A DNA stretch of 64,000 nt from Escherichia phage RB3: sequence record KM606994; one strand, 5' to 3'. The position numbers and the translations under genes were made by a program. The notes under the pieces are model-generated. The model saw only the letters and a list, made by a program, of their open reading frames with translations. It had not been told where the DNA came from and ran no database searches. Shown piece after piece: positions 29,296-39,248 of this stretch. How positions within the stretch are numbered: position 1 is the first letter of the stretch; each line of letters starts with the position of its first letter.

Positions 29296-29982
29296 TTAAA
29301 AATCGTGGGTAGAATCAGCTTCAAGAGCTACTACATAATTCGCATGTTCACCTTCAAATTTAGCAGCGCCTTGTTTACCTTTTGCCCAGAGCAGAAGTTT
29401 ATAATTTCCTGGTTGCATTTTCATATTTGCCATATTGATAATGAAATTAAATGTATTTTCACCATCATAATCACCAAGAGTCAAAGAATATTTAACACGG
29501 GTCAGAGCAGAATCTTCTACTTTATTAAAACCGTTAATTACGATTTTACCTTCTTTTACTGTGATAGCAATTGTATCAATTTGCAGACCACGAGATACAC
29601 GCAACAGTTGTTGAAGGTCTTCAGCTTTAATTTCAGTAACAACAGATGCTACCGGGAATGGAATTGGTTTATTAGGAGCAACTACTGTACTCGGATCGGC
29701 TGCTGGCCAAAAAATTGTTGAACGAGCATCAGCAATTTTAATATTTCCATCTTCTGACTGGGAAATTTCTGCATCATCATTAACTAGAGACAGAATACCG
29801 AGAAAACCGTTCAAATCGTAAATTGCTACATCAAAATCAATAACGTCAGAAATATTTGCTTCCGCGTAAGTTGTACCATTAACTGCGCGAGTCATAATAA
29901 ATTGACCGGATTTAAGCATAATGCCAGAGTTAATAGTAGCGAAATTTTTAAGCAGAGCAGTAGTATCTTTAGACAGTTTCAT
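29296..29982 (-). CDS. 45: sliding clamp gp45 (228 aa)
   Basis: Length and sequence as T4 gp45. Confidence 0.92.
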   Translation of the reverse strand: MKLSKDTTALLKNFATINSGIMLKSGQFIMTRAVNGTTYAEANISDVIDFDVAIYDLNGFLGILSLVNDDAEISQSEDGNIKIADARSTIFWPAADPSTVVAPNKPIPFPVASVVTEIKAEDLQQLLRVSRGLQIDTIAITVKEGKIVINGFNKVEDSALTRVKYSLTLGDYDGENTFNFIINMANMKMQPGNYKLLLWAKGKQGAAKFEGEHANYVVALEADSTHDF

Positions 29983-30011
29983 GTAATTTCCTTCAATTCA
30001 AATGAGATTTA

Positions 30012-30036
30012 ATTTTATAACTAATTTAATAAAGCA
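30012..30036 (-). promoter_or_regulatory. MotA-box middle promoter upstream of gene 45
   Basis: Minus strand TGCTTTA then 10-12 nt then TAAAAT/TATAAA. Confidence 0.4.
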
Positions 30037-30037
30037 A

Positions 30038-30427
30038 TTAACGATTAAAATCAGCCGCAATTGTTTCCGCAACAATTTGAGCAGCAACAATTAGACGTTC
30101 ATCTGCATTACCGCAATAATCATCTTCAAGACGTTCACCACATGAAGTCATAATAAATTTAGCACCGGCGTTTAGGGATTCTGTAGTATGTTTGCGCATT
30201 AGTTCAATCCATTTATTACTTACTTCACGATCGATAGCTTCATAATACGCATGACGAGCAGGTGCAGATTTAATTTTATTCTGAATAACTTCCATTGCGT
30301 TATCAGAAAGAGACAAAACCCATGCTCGACGAATTTTATTTTGGTTTTGTGGATTTGATTCAGAACGCACGTGTTTTGGCTGAATATCTTTTACATCAAC
30401 AGTATAATTCACAGTAATTTTAGTCAT
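30038..30427 (-). CDS. rpbA: RNA polymerase binding protein RpbA (129 aa)
   Basis: Size and position upstream of 45 as T4 rpbA. Confidence 0.7.
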
Positions 30428-30436
30428 AATACACCT

Positions 30437-30625
30437 TTAGTCATAATAATCAGTAACAGTCCAAGCTTCATTTCTATTGGACATTATTTTTGTATATTCT
30501 GCTTTAAATGCATTCCTAAGCATAGATTCAGTAACTATATGCTCTTCATTAGAAAAATTATTTCTCAGAATATATCGTTTTATTTCAGGAATAGTTAATA
30601 GATGCTGTCCAGTTGAATATTCCAT
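30437..30625 (-). CDS. hypothetical protein (62 aa)
   Basis: ORF track. Confidence 0.4.
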   Translation of the reverse strand: MEYSTGQHLLTIPEIKRYILRNNFSNEEHIVTESMLRNAFKAEYTKIMSNRNEAWTVTDYYD

Positions 30626-30680
30626 GTTTTTCCTCCATAGAGATTATACTCTAATAAATTAAAGCATAATCTCTTATAAA

Positions 30681-32363
30681 TTAAACCATTACAGTAAATC
30701 GACCAACTTTCTTCATTTGAAGATGCTGACCATATTCTTGCGGGTCATGGTCTTTATGCGAAATTATAAAGACATTAGTGTTTTTCATTGAATTTATAAT
30801 ATTAGCTACACCTTTAATACCTTCGGCATCAAATGACCCATCAAACACTTCATCAAGAATTAATGTACTAATACTAACACCAGATACGATAGAAGCAATA
30901 TCACGCCAAGTAAATAAAAGAGCAATATCAATTCGTGCCTTTTCACCTTCACTAAATGAAGCATAACTAAAATCTTCACGACCACGGGATTTAATTGTCT
31001 CATTAAATTCTTCATCTAATGTAAACACATAATCCGCTTCCATTATTTTAAGATAATGGTTAATCTGCTTATTAAATAATGGAATGTACTTTTTAATAAT
31101 AGCACCTTTAATACCAGAATCTTTGAGCATATCAGTCAAAATTCCTCGGTGGTATTTTTCCATTACTAAATTAGTTTTTGTCTTAACAATTTTATCAAGT
31201 TCTTCTTGAAGCAGTGCTATTTCATCAGCATGGTCAATAAACTCAGAAGATGCTTTTTCTATAGCCGCTTTAACCTTTTTAGCTTTATCTACTGCTGCGA
31301 TCAGAGATTGCTTTTTATTGCGAATATCATTTGCCAACGACTGTTGGGTTTTAATATTATCTCGGTATTCATCAACAAGAACTTTTAAATTATCACGATG
31401 CGTTGAAAGCTGTTCAAATGAATGTGTGCATTCAGAAACTTTATCTTTAATTTTAGAAACAACTTTATCACCGGAACTTAATTGTGACAAACAGGTTGGG
31501 CATAATCCACCTTCGTGATACATATTAATGACTTTATTATACGAGTCAATTTTTGATTTAATTAAAACTGCTTCTTGACCGATTTTATTAAATGCATCAG
31601 TCGGGTCTTCATCCAAAACAATATTAACTAATCTTTCATTAGCTTCTTCTATTTCCGATTTTAGCGTTCTAGCTTCTTTTGCCAAATCATCATACATATT
31701 TTGCAGACGAGTAAGGTTGTCACCAGTTAATTTTTTCTGGCGTTCAACGTTATCATTATATATTTTAATTTGTTGGATAATACTATCTTTTTTAACATCA
31801 AGCACTTGGTTCTGCGAATTTAATTCACGTATTAGTGCTTTATTAAGCTTATCCATTTCAGCTAATGTTCCTACCTCAAGCAGGTCTTCCACAAGCTTTC
31901 TTCGCGCAGGGGTCGACAAACCCATGAAAGGGGTATACCCTGCTGTACCAAGGACAACAATCTGCTTGAAACTGGCATATGACATTCCGATAAGCTGTTC
32001 AAATTCTGCTTGGAAATCTTTACTGCTGGCAGATTCATTAAGACGTGTACCGTTAACGGTGATTTCGAAAACGTTCGGTTTTTGTCCTCTTTTGATATAG
32101 TACTTTTTCTCATCATATTCCATCCACAGTTCAACTAAAAGTTCTTTCTTATTTGTGCTGTTTATTAATTGACCTTTCTTTACATCACGAAATGGCTTGC
32201 CAAAAAGCCCAAATGTGATGGCTTCTAACATAGTAGACTTACCACCGCCATTTCGTCCAGTAATAAGAGTTTTTTGAACCTTATCTAATTGAATGTCAAT
32301 AGGATTTCCACCTACTGACATTATATTTTGATACCTAACTCGGTTTAGTTTAAAATTCTTCAC
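30681..32363 (-). CDS. 46: recombination nuclease subunit gp46 (Rad50/SbcC-like, 560 aa)
   Basis: Walker A GRNGGGKST, coiled coil with CPTC zinc hook, C-terminal signature. Confidence 0.9.
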   Translation of the reverse strand: MKNFKLNRVRYQNIMSVGGNPIDIQLDKVQKTLITGRNGGGKSTMLEAITFGLFGKPFRDVKKGQLINSTNKKELLVELWMEYDEKKYYIKRGQKPNVFEITVNGTRLNESASSKDFQAEFEQLIGMSYASFKQIVVLGTAGYTPFMGLSTPARRKLVEDLLEVGTLAEMDKLNKALIRELNSQNQVLDVKKDSIIQQIKIYNDNVERQKKLTGDNLTRLQNMYDDLAKEARTLKSEIEEANERLVNIVLDEDPTDAFNKIGQEAVLIKSKIDSYNKVINMYHEGGLCPTCLSQLSSGDKVVSKIKDKVSECTHSFEQLSTHRDNLKVLVDEYRDNIKTQQSLANDIRNKKQSLIAAVDKAKKVKAAIEKASSEFIDHADEIALLQEELDKIVKTKTNLVMEKYHRGILTDMLKDSGIKGAIIKKYIPLFNKQINHYLKIMEADYVFTLDEEFNETIKSRGREDFSYASFSEGEKARIDIALLFTWRDIASIVSGVSISTLILDEVFDGSFDAEGIKGVANIINSMKNTNVFIISHKDHDPQEYGQHLQMKKVGRFTVMV

Positions 32364-32623
32364 AAAAGATTCCTTTTAATGTATCTTTTAGACCATTCTA
32401 TCATATCATCATAATCTAAAAAGTATTCATCAAATTCAGCCATGCAAACAACGCCTTGTGCTGCTTTTGATGTGATATAAATTATTCCAACATATCTAGA
32501 ATCTTCTTCGGTGTAATCAATATTTGCTATGAATTCATCATTAATGTCAAATGTCGAAAACTTCACAGTATGCATCCTTAATACAAGATACAGCCATATC
32601 TTGTAATGATTTAGGTGTGTCAT
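32360..32623 (-). CDS. hypothetical protein (87 aa)
   Basis: ORF track; between 46 and 47. Confidence 0.4.
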   Translation of the reverse strand: MTHLNHYKIWLYLVLRMHTVKFSTFDINDEFIANIDYTEEDSRYVGIIYITSKAAQGVVCMAEFDEYFLDYDDMIEWSKRYIKRNLL

Positions 32624-32810
32624 TATCTAAAATGTTGAAGTTAAAAGATACAGCCCAGTCAGTGTAGACCGTGACCTTTTTAATACAATTATCTTCAACC
32701 TCTAGCGGTTCAAACCAATATTCAATAATTTCTTTATGCCCAATATCATCTTTTACTTCGCATTCAAAATGCTGACCCATCATAACATTTTTAAATTCAT
32801 CAAAAGTCAT
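32547..32810 (-). CDS. hypothetical protein (87 aa)
   Basis: ORF track; overlaps neighbour in another frame, start uncertain. Confidence 0.4.
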   Translation of the reverse strand: MTFDEFKNVMMGQHFECEVKDDIGHKEIIEYWFEPLEVEDNCIKKVTVYTDWAVSFNFNILDNDTPKSLQDMAVSCIKDAYCEVFDI

Positions 32811-33826
32811 TGTGTTGCCTCTACATATAACTGATTTGCATATTGAATAAGTGCTTCACGGTCAGAATCAGTGATGTCTGGAATTGCATTAATATACTCT
32901 TCCATTAATGTCTGAAGCGATTGGACTTCAACTTCTTCACTGTCATCTGACTCGACAGAGTTATCAATCTTTGACACAACTCGTAATGAATGCACAACTT
33001 TTTCTAGTTCAGATTCGAACTTCGTCAGATTTTTGTCTACTTCAGTTACTATAACACGTACTGATAGATTTGTAAAATCTTTATAGTCAATTTTTCCTTT
33101 AAATGGATAATGAATTCTACGATGCCAGGTAGTATTGTTTGGAATAAATTCCATTCGTTCTGTTTCTGTATCAAACATCCAGAACCCACGAGGGTCATTC
33201 TCGTCACCTGCAGTTAGTGTCCATGGTGTCCCAATATATCTGACGTTTGCAGCCTCAGAGATAGTATGGAAGTGACCAGACCACACTTCTTTATAAGTCT
33301 TAAGGAAATCAGGTTCAAGACCGTGAGATTTCATTCCTTTATAAAAATAAAATCCATTCAGTTCCCAGTGACCAACACAAAAAGAAGCAGATGAAGTTTT
33401 GATATGCTCAAGAATTTCACCAGTATTTTCTTCGCACATCCAAGGAATTAAATCAATCAAACATCCGTCAAAATCTACTGTAGTAGGCTTATCATATACT
33501 TTAACATTAGGATATTTAGCCAAAAGCTCAGTAGAAGCATTTGGATGCATTACATTTTTGTAGTGGAGATCGTGATTTCCTACAATAGTATGTAATGTGA
33601 TTCCAGCACCATCAAGCATTTGAACTATTTCACGGGCAAACTCCATAGTTTTATGCGTGATTGCTTTTCGCACATCAAAAATATCACCGTATTGAATCCA
33701 GGTAGTAATTCCATTTTTCTTAGAATATTCTATTGCTTGTTTAATTCCATCAATTTGAATACCGCGAATCCACTCATCATCAGCTTTAACGCCTAAATGC
33801 CAATCACCTAAATTTAAAATTTTCAT
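32807..33826 (-). CDS. 47: recombination nuclease subunit gp47 (Mre11/SbcD-like, 339 aa)
   Basis: Phosphoesterase motifs (GDWH, GDIFD, GNHD, GHWE, GHFH); length as T4 gp47. Confidence 0.9.
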   Translation of the reverse strand: MKILNLGDWHLGVKADDEWIRGIQIDGIKQAIEYSKKNGITTWIQYGDIFDVRKAITHKTMEFAREIVQMLDGAGITLHTIVGNHDLHYKNVMHPNASTELLAKYPNVKVYDKPTTVDFDGCLIDLIPWMCEENTGEILEHIKTSSASFCVGHWELNGFYFYKGMKSHGLEPDFLKTYKEVWSGHFHTISEAANVRYIGTPWTLTAGDENDPRGFWMFDTETERMEFIPNNTTWHRRIHYPFKGKIDYKDFTNLSVRVIVTEVDKNLTKFESELEKVVHSLRVVSKIDNSVESDDSEEVEVQSLQTLMEEYINAIPDITDSDREALIQYANQLYVEATQ

Positions 33827-33963
33827 ATATCAAGAACCGTCATTGAAATGCAAAATAAAATTATTGAAATAAACCCATCTGGTGTGCTAAAGAACCCAAT
33901 CCAACACGCTCTAGTGAATAGATAAAATGCAAGAAAAAGTATCACATATCCAAGAAATATCAT
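33823..33963 (-). CDS. possible small membrane protein (46 aa)
   Basis: Hand-translated hydrophobic ORF MIFLGYVILFLAFYLF...; overlaps gp47 start; not in ORF track. Confidence 0.25.
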   Translation of the reverse strand: MIFLGYVILFLAFYLFTRACWIGFFSTPDGFISIILFCISMTVLDI

Positions 33964-33986
33964 TATATCAAACTCCGTATAAAGCT

Positions 33987-34004
33987 AAAGGGCCGAAGCC
34001 CTTT
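33987..34004 (-). other. GC hairpin with UUCG loop overlapping alpha-gt stop
   Basis: aaagggc-cgaa-gcccttt. Confidence 0.45.
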
Positions 34005-35205
34005 ATTTTGTAATAATGTCAAACTGTTCTTTAAAGCAGAAGCTTGAATCTTGATGCTGATACAAAAATTCATATGCTTTTTCTCGCTCACGGTCATAAA
34101 GAGCTCGGTCAGATGACAGTTCTTTAATACGCTCGAATGTTGATTCCATGTCATTTTCATCAAACCAAATGATACCGCTATCATGCGAGGTCAAAGGAGT
34201 ATTATCAACACGGAATTTTAAATTATCACCCGTTGATTTCCAGAAAACAGGAATTGTACCGCAAGCACCTAATTCAAGATGAGTATATTCGAGTGAGCGT
34301 TGTAGATATTTTTTATCCAACTTACTCAACTGATAACCAAAACCGGATTTACTCATACGTTCAAGCATTTCGCTATTTACATAACGGTCAAGAATTTGCG
34401 TTGGCAAATTAGGAGCAATTTTAATTTGGTCTACTTGATGAAGACGATAATACTCGTATGGAATTCCTTTTTCTTTAATGGGAATGAACGCTGGAGAACG
34501 TTCCAGACCTTCCATAATAGTACTTAGTCCTGCAGGTTTAAGATGTTTTTCATGAAAATCAAACATCTGATAAAAACCTTTCCACGTAGTCGTACGACCA
34601 ATCCAACGGTTAATATTCATGTTAATTTCAGAAACATCTTTCCAGTAGGTTGACCGAACCTTCGCAATATCCATAGGAGGCTGAAAGTTATATACGGTCG
34701 GTGCTTCTTCAATATCATCAAACAGAGAAACTGTTTCAGGATACCATTCTTTCATCAGAACTTTATTAAAATCGCCATTATCAGAATGACTAAAAATAAC
34801 ATCAGCTCGACGAACAGTTTCTTCTAATCCCAAATTTCGACGCAAAGAAAGAGAAGAATGGTCATGTTGATAAACTACAACACGAACCGAAGGTTTAATG
34901 TTATCAATAATTTTTTTATAGTTATTAATTGTGTCTTCTTCGACTGAAGTAGCAGGAACTGAATTGATAATTAGAATATCACAATCATTTACCAGCTTAA
35001 GTGTTTTATCGTATTCTTTTGCCAATAAAACCGGAATTGAAAATGATTTATAATCATGCGCGCAGTTACGAGTAAATGATTTATCTTTAGCATAAACCAA
35101 AGTTACTTCATGACCATTTTTAATAAACCAATCACGCTGCTCAAGAGAAAATTTAGTTACACCGCAACCTTCAAGACCTCGAGCCATAAAAATACATACT
35201 TTCAT
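34003..35205 (-). CDS. a-gt: DNA alpha-glucosyltransferase (400 aa)
   Basis: Length and sequence as T4 alpha-gt (GT-B fold). Confidence 0.88.
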   Translation of the reverse strand: MKVCIFMARGLEGCGVTKFSLEQRDWFIKNGHEVTLVYAKDKSFTRNCAHDYKSFSIPVLLAKEYDKTLKLVNDCDILIINSVPATSVEEDTINNYKKIIDNIKPSVRVVVYQHDHSSLSLRRNLGLEETVRRADVIFSHSDNGDFNKVLMKEWYPETVSLFDDIEEAPTVYNFQPPMDIAKVRSTYWKDVSEINMNINRWIGRTTTWKGFYQMFDFHEKHLKPAGLSTIMEGLERSPAFIPIKEKGIPYEYYRLHQVDQIKIAPNLPTQILDRYVNSEMLERMSKSGFGYQLSKLDKKYLQRSLEYTHLELGACGTIPVFWKSTGDNLKFRVDNTPLTSHDSGIIWFDENDMESTFERIKELSSDRALYDREREKAYEFLYQHQDSSFCFKEQFDIITK

Positions 35206-35229
35206 TTAATATCCTCATTGTTTTGGTTT

Positions 35230-35253
35230 ATTTTACCAAAAATTTATAAAGCA
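35230..35253 (-). promoter_or_regulatory. MotA-box middle promoter upstream of alpha-gt
   Basis: Minus strand TGCTTTA, 11 nt, TAAAAT. Confidence 0.35.
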
Positions 35254-35256
35254 ATA

Positions 35257-35274
35257 TAGGAGCCGAAGCTCCTA
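35257..35274 (-). other. GC hairpin with UUCG loop
   Basis: taggagc-cgaa-gctccta. Confidence 0.4.
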
Positions 35275-35448
35275 TCCGCATAATACGCCATACAAAGGCT
35301 CGTTAGAGCTTCTAAATTTTATACGCTTATATGTTATAGTTCCTTCTGCTTTAGCTTTATCATGAGACTCTTTAAAGCGTCTCATCATTTCTACTTTAGA
35401 GGAACGAATTTTATTATAATCTATTTCAGAAGTCTGGGTGTTCATCTT

Positions 35449-35655
35449 TCACAGTTGCCACCATTTTTTGACTTGGTAAGAATCAACCCACACTTTCATA
35501 TTAGGGTCTGCTCTTACAATGGGAGGATTAACTTCTTTAATTGAACTATCGTGGTATTCTTTTTCAGAAATTTTCACACAAAGATGACCATTCAAAGATT
35601 CAGTAAATCCTGCATTAATTTTAAGACGCTTGAATTTTACGTGTGTAAGCATCAA
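35449..35655 (-). CDS. hypothetical protein (68 aa)
   Basis: ORF track. Confidence 0.4.
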   Translation of the reverse strand: MMLTHVKFKRLKINAGFTESLNGHLCVKISEKEYHDSSIKEVNPPIVRADPNMKVWVDSYQVKKWWQL

Positions 35656-35938
35656 TCATATCCTCAATCTGCGATCTAGTAGTCTTCCAAAGAATACTGA
35701 TGAGTTCATCGTTATATGGCTGTTTTAGAATATCCCGACTTTTCTTGATAGCATATTCGTATTGAGCAAAATTATTATTTTCAGCTGCAATCTGAGCGTG
35801 CTTATAAAGACGATTCAGTTCGCGTTTGTTTTTAGACAATAACTTATTTGCTTTTCTTTCTGCTTCAAGACGGTTCTTTTCTTCAATAGAAGAAATAAGC
35901 TTTTCCACTTCATCATTAATTTCGGGTTTATCAGTCAT
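35621..35938 (-). CDS. hypothetical coiled-coil protein (105 aa)
   Basis: ORF track. Confidence 0.4.
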   Translation of the reverse strand: MTDKPEINDEVEKLISSIEEKNRLEAERKANKLLSKNKRELNRLYKHAQIAAENNNFAQYEYAIKKSRDILKQPYNDELISILWKTTRSQIEDMIDAYTRKIQAS

Positions 35939-35939
35939 A

Positions 35940-36158
35940 TTATTTCTCTAATATAAAATAAAAATCATCATCTGTTAAATGATACCGATAGTTTAATTCT
36001 ACACCATTAGATTTAAAAGCGGTATCATACGGATTTTCTGGGTCAATATCAATGTCAAGAGCTAAAACTTCCCTGAGATACATTTTAAGTAAATAGGGAA
36101 TAGCTTCAACTTCAGGTATTTCTTCCAAGAATCCGGAGAGGTTAATCGTTAGCCTCAT
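35940..36158 (-). CDS. hypothetical protein (72 aa)
   Basis: ORF track. Confidence 0.4.
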
Positions 36159-36699
36159 ATAAAAAATCCAAACTAGGAGAATCGTCTACAACACTTTTCT
36201 TTTCAGCCCCCGGTGTTCTATAGGTTGATTCTTCGTAATGCGTCATTTTATCGTAGATGTCTTGAATAAAAGTTTCATCTACTAACGCAACCATATCGTC
36301 GTCACGGCTGTCATAGACATTGTGAACGAAGTAACTATATTTCTTTGCAACTTCCTTACGTTCTTTTTTAATACGTTGGACGAATGCATTAAAACAAGCT
36401 TGAGTTATATACGCATGTGGGTTTTTATATTTCGTTTCATCAAAATTATGAAGCCCCTTAATAGAAGCTTCTATACCATCTGCAATCATTTCTTGTTTCC
36501 AAGACTGGGTGTATCCTGAAAAGTTGAAACGTTTAGATAAGCCTTCTGCAATAAGCATAATGGCTAATCCGATAGTATCATTCTGACGAACTACTTTATT
36601 TGGGTCTTTATTATTTGCTAATTCTGTTTTCCAATCAATAATAGCTTGTAAAAGCTCTTTATTGTTTACGTAATTATATTTAGGCTTAGTTTCTGACAT
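36142..36699 (-). CDS. 55: late sigma factor gp55 (185 aa from first ATG)
   Basis: Sequence [24 protein letters not shown] as T4 gp55; track start is GTG two codons upstream. Confidence 0.9.
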
Positions 36700-36779
36700 T
36701 TTCACCTCTTAGCTCAATTCATAGATCTATTATATCATAATATTTGAAGATCTATCTTAAAGCATAGAGGATGAATCAG

Positions 36780-37049
36780 TTATCTAAGTAAACAGTATGC
36801 TTGGAACACTTTCTCCATCATCTTTTTAAATTCATGAATATCTATATAATGACTAGTTAAATCAGCATGATATAAAAAGTCTAAAAACTTTTCATGTGTG
36901 CTAACATATTCACTTTCATTTAATTCAGAAACATGACTTTCCCAATATCCAACACCAGTCTTATTTGGGAAAAATGAAATTTTCATGTATTGGTCAACAT
37001 AGAAAATGCCATAATTTTCAATAGTAATAGAAATATTAATAAATTTCAT
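36780..37049 (-). CDS. hypothetical protein (89 aa)
   Basis: ORF track. Confidence 0.4.
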   Translation of the reverse strand: MKFINISITIENYGIFYVDQYMKISFFPNKTGVGYWESHVSELNESEYVSTHEKFLDFLYHADLTSHYIDIHEFKKMMEKVFQAYCLLR

Positions 37050-37261
37050 ACATTCATCAACTTAGCCGCTTCAAGAGCTGCATCTAGTGAATCAAATTGA
37101 TCGACATATTCAATCAGTTCGCCGTAATTAGCATATAACCACCATTGGCTAAATTCATACTCAAGGATGAATCCGTTTCCTTCAATTTGAGTTAAACCAA
37201 TGCCATTTGTATTTACTTCATACCCAGCAAGACGTAAATCGTTAATAAGAGCTTCGTTCAT
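37046..37261 (-). CDS. hypothetical protein (71 aa)
   Basis: ORF track. Confidence 0.4.
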   Translation of the reverse strand: MNEALINDLRLAGYEVNTNGIGLTQIEGNGFILEYEFSQWWLYANYGELIEYVDQFDSLDAALEAAKLMNV

Positions 37262-37263
37262 AA

Positions 37264-37590
37264 TTATACCTTAGTAATTTTCAGGTCTGCAAATTTTTTC
37301 TTGCGTTGATTTTTCATACGACGAATAGTTTTATCGGAAATTTCATGCTTTTGATAAGCTTTAGATTCTACACCAAAAGCTTTAACATCAAATTCTGACA
37401 AGATATATTGAACCAACAATTCACGGACAGTATTGCGTCCAATCTTCTGATCATTCTGTTTCATCGTCTGATGAAGCTCTTTTTCCCATTTATCCAAAAT
37501 TTGAGGAGTTACAATATCGCCTTTTTCTAGCAAAGAAACTACTTTATCATATGCGTAAGAATTAATGACGTTTTTAATTTGAATAGTCAT
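37264..37590 (-). CDS. hypothetical protein (108 aa)
   Basis: ORF track. Confidence 0.45.
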   Translation of the reverse strand: MTIQIKNVINSYAYDKVVSLLEKGDIVTPQILDKWEKELHQTMKQNDQKIGRNTVRELLVQYILSEFDVKAFGVESKAYQKHEISDKTIRRMKNQRKKKFADLKITKV

Positions 37591-37628
37591 ACATTATCCT
37601 CAATTACGTTAAAATTTTATTATCCAAA

Positions 37629-37644
37629 AAGGGCCGAAGCCCTT
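37629..37644 (-). terminator. intrinsic terminator (UUCG-loop hairpin plus U-run)
   Basis: aagggc-cgaa-gccctt with A5 on plus strand; overlaps stop of ORF 37643-37843. Confidence 0.55.
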
Positions 37645-37843
37645 AGCTAAACTTTTTGGCACCCTTCCAGCCTTCATACATCATTGCGGCTGATATTAAT
37701 ATTGCTCCTGAGCAACTTGAATATTTGTGATTCCAAAACCAGTTTAGAAAAACTTCATCATCAATACCTTGGGCTATCATATTTTCAAAGAACTGACGAC
37801 GAGCTTCGGCAATTCGCTGCGATAATTTAGATTCAGGATTCAT
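37643..37843 (-). CDS. hypothetical protein (66 aa)
   Basis: ORF track. Confidence 0.4.
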   Translation of the reverse strand: MNPESKLSQRIAEARRQFFENMIAQGIDDEVFLNWFWNHKYSSCSGAILISAAMMYEGWKGAKKFS

Positions 37844-38059
37844 TTAAATTTCCCAATTGCCATTTTCATCAATAAATTTAATCCAGTCATTTACTGACCA
37901 CTTGGTCGTATCACCTTTTGGAGTAACATTTAAAGTGTATAGCCCTTGCTTAAAAAGCATTCGTTTGATATTCATATTTTCCTCAGCTGTAACGATAACA
38001 CTCGTTTGATTTACGTTTAGCAACTCGTTGAGAAGTATTATAATCAAAATCATCGTCAA
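37844..38059 (-). CDS. hypothetical protein (71 aa)
   Basis: ORF track. Confidence 0.4.
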   Translation of the reverse strand: MTMILIIILLNELLNVNQTSVIVTAEENMNIKRMLFKQGLYTLNVTPKGDTTKWSVNDWIKFIDENGNWEI

Positions 38060-38276
38060 TGTAAACTGATTTTTTCAACTTTCTTACTTCACCGCGTAAT
38101 TGACGATTTAGCTCATCTTTAACTTCTGAATCAATACCTTTCATTCTACGCCATTTATCTGAGCGAAAAATGTTTTCAACCATATCTTTATGACTTACAC
38201 CATCAGGAGCTTTACGCTTTCCGAAATAGTCATAATCACGCACTTTTAAATCTTTACGACGATACGTTTTACCCAT
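37983..38276 (-). CDS. hypothetical basic protein (about 98 aa from internal ATG)
   Basis: Track ORF 37983-38321; start uncertain. Confidence 0.35.
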   Translation of the reverse strand: MGKTYRRKDLKVRDYDYFGKRKAPDGVSHKDMVENIFRSDKWRRMKGIDSEVKDELNRQLRGEVRKLKKSVYIDDDFDYNTSQRVAKRKSNECYRYS

Positions 38277-38451
38277 GGAGTTTAATTTCCTTAGCAACTG
38301 AACTAAATACAGCACGGTCACAAATCATCTGTTTATGTAACTTGAGTATAAGATAATAAACTTCAAAACCGTTTACATAAGTAACACGAACAACATTACC
38401 ATTAATAAAATAATACTGTCCCTTTTTAATTTCTTTATCAATCATAACCAT
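38269..38451 (-). CDS. hypothetical protein (60 aa)
   Basis: ORF track; early promoter upstream. Confidence 0.4.
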   Translation of the reverse strand: MVMIDKEIKKGQYYFINGNVVRVTYVNGFEVYYLILKLHKQMICDRAVFSSVAKEIKLHG

Positions 38452-38481
38452 ATCAATTCCTCAAAGGCAATTCATATGTTA

Positions 38482-38511
38482 ATAATACCACGGTTTGAAC
38501 TTGTTGTAAAC
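38482..38511 (-). promoter_or_regulatory. early promoter (GTTTAC, 18 nt, TATTAT)
   Basis: Plus strand ataata-N18-gtaaac followed by an A/T-rich tract. Confidence 0.5.
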
Positions 38512-38592
38512 AACTTTGTGAAAAATATTTTAGGGAATGATAAGAAAGGAACGATAGCTTAGAATGGTAATATACAGAATGTGAGAAAGAAA

Positions 38593-38605
38593 GGCCCAGA
38601 GGGCC
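38593..38605 (-). terminator. intrinsic terminator downstream of nrdH
   Basis: ggccc-aga-gggcc followed by a T-rich run on the minus transcript. Confidence 0.5.
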
Positions 38606-38609
38606 CGTC

Positions 38610-38918
38610 TTAGTCTTCTATGATATCTCTATCATATCCAAGTGAAATGAGAGTTTCTTTGAAGTGTTTAATGTTCTTTTGTCTAGAATCATTAATGAAA
38701 ATGACTGGATAACGAATGTTAAGAGATGTGAATCCAGCGCGTTTAGCAAGAGATACAATCAGTGGACGATCATACTCAATCTTACCATTATTTGTAAGAA
38801 CTTTATAGAAAGTAAAAGGAGCATTGAGCTCCTTTAGAAGTTTTGTAACTGATTGACATCCAGGACAACGACCTACTTCATCTGGAATTCCATAGACTTC
38901 AATCTTATTTTGTTTCAC
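38610..38918 (-). CDS. nrdH: glutaredoxin-like protein NrdH (102 aa)
   Basis: CPGC redox motif; thioredoxin-fold size; adjacent to nrdG. Confidence 0.75.
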   Translation of the reverse strand: MKQNKIEVYGIPDEVGRCPGCQSVTKLLKELNAPFTFYKVLTNNGKIEYDRPLIVSLAKRAGFTSLNIRYPVIFINDSRQKNIKHFKETLISLGYDRDIIED

Positions 38919-38920
38919 AA

Positions 38921-39133
38921 CTATTCCTTACTAAGAGCAGCATTCAGCTTGTTAGTAATTTTATCCAAACGTTCATTGAACTCGCTAGAAGATAGTCCTT
39001 TTTCTGGAGAAATCAAACTAATCACGAAAAATATAGCAATAAAAGGAATAAGGAAAATAGCTCCAACTGCCATAAACAAAAAGAATGTTACAGTTGTAAG
39101 AAAATCAGCTAAACCTTTACGAAATTTATACAT
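38921..39133 (-). CDS. small membrane protein (70 aa)
   Basis: ORF track; two hydrophobic segments. Confidence 0.45.
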   Translation of the reverse strand: MYKFRKGLADFLTTVTFFLFMAVGAIFLIPFIAIFFVISLISPEKGLSSSEFNERLDKITNKLNAALSKE

Positions 39134-39248
39134 ATTTTACCCTTAATTAATTAACCAAGCATTTATAAGCACTAAACTATATTGGGAATAAAATTCTGGA
39201 CCAAAATGAAAAATCATATCATTTATAGTATCCATAATGTAATTCAAT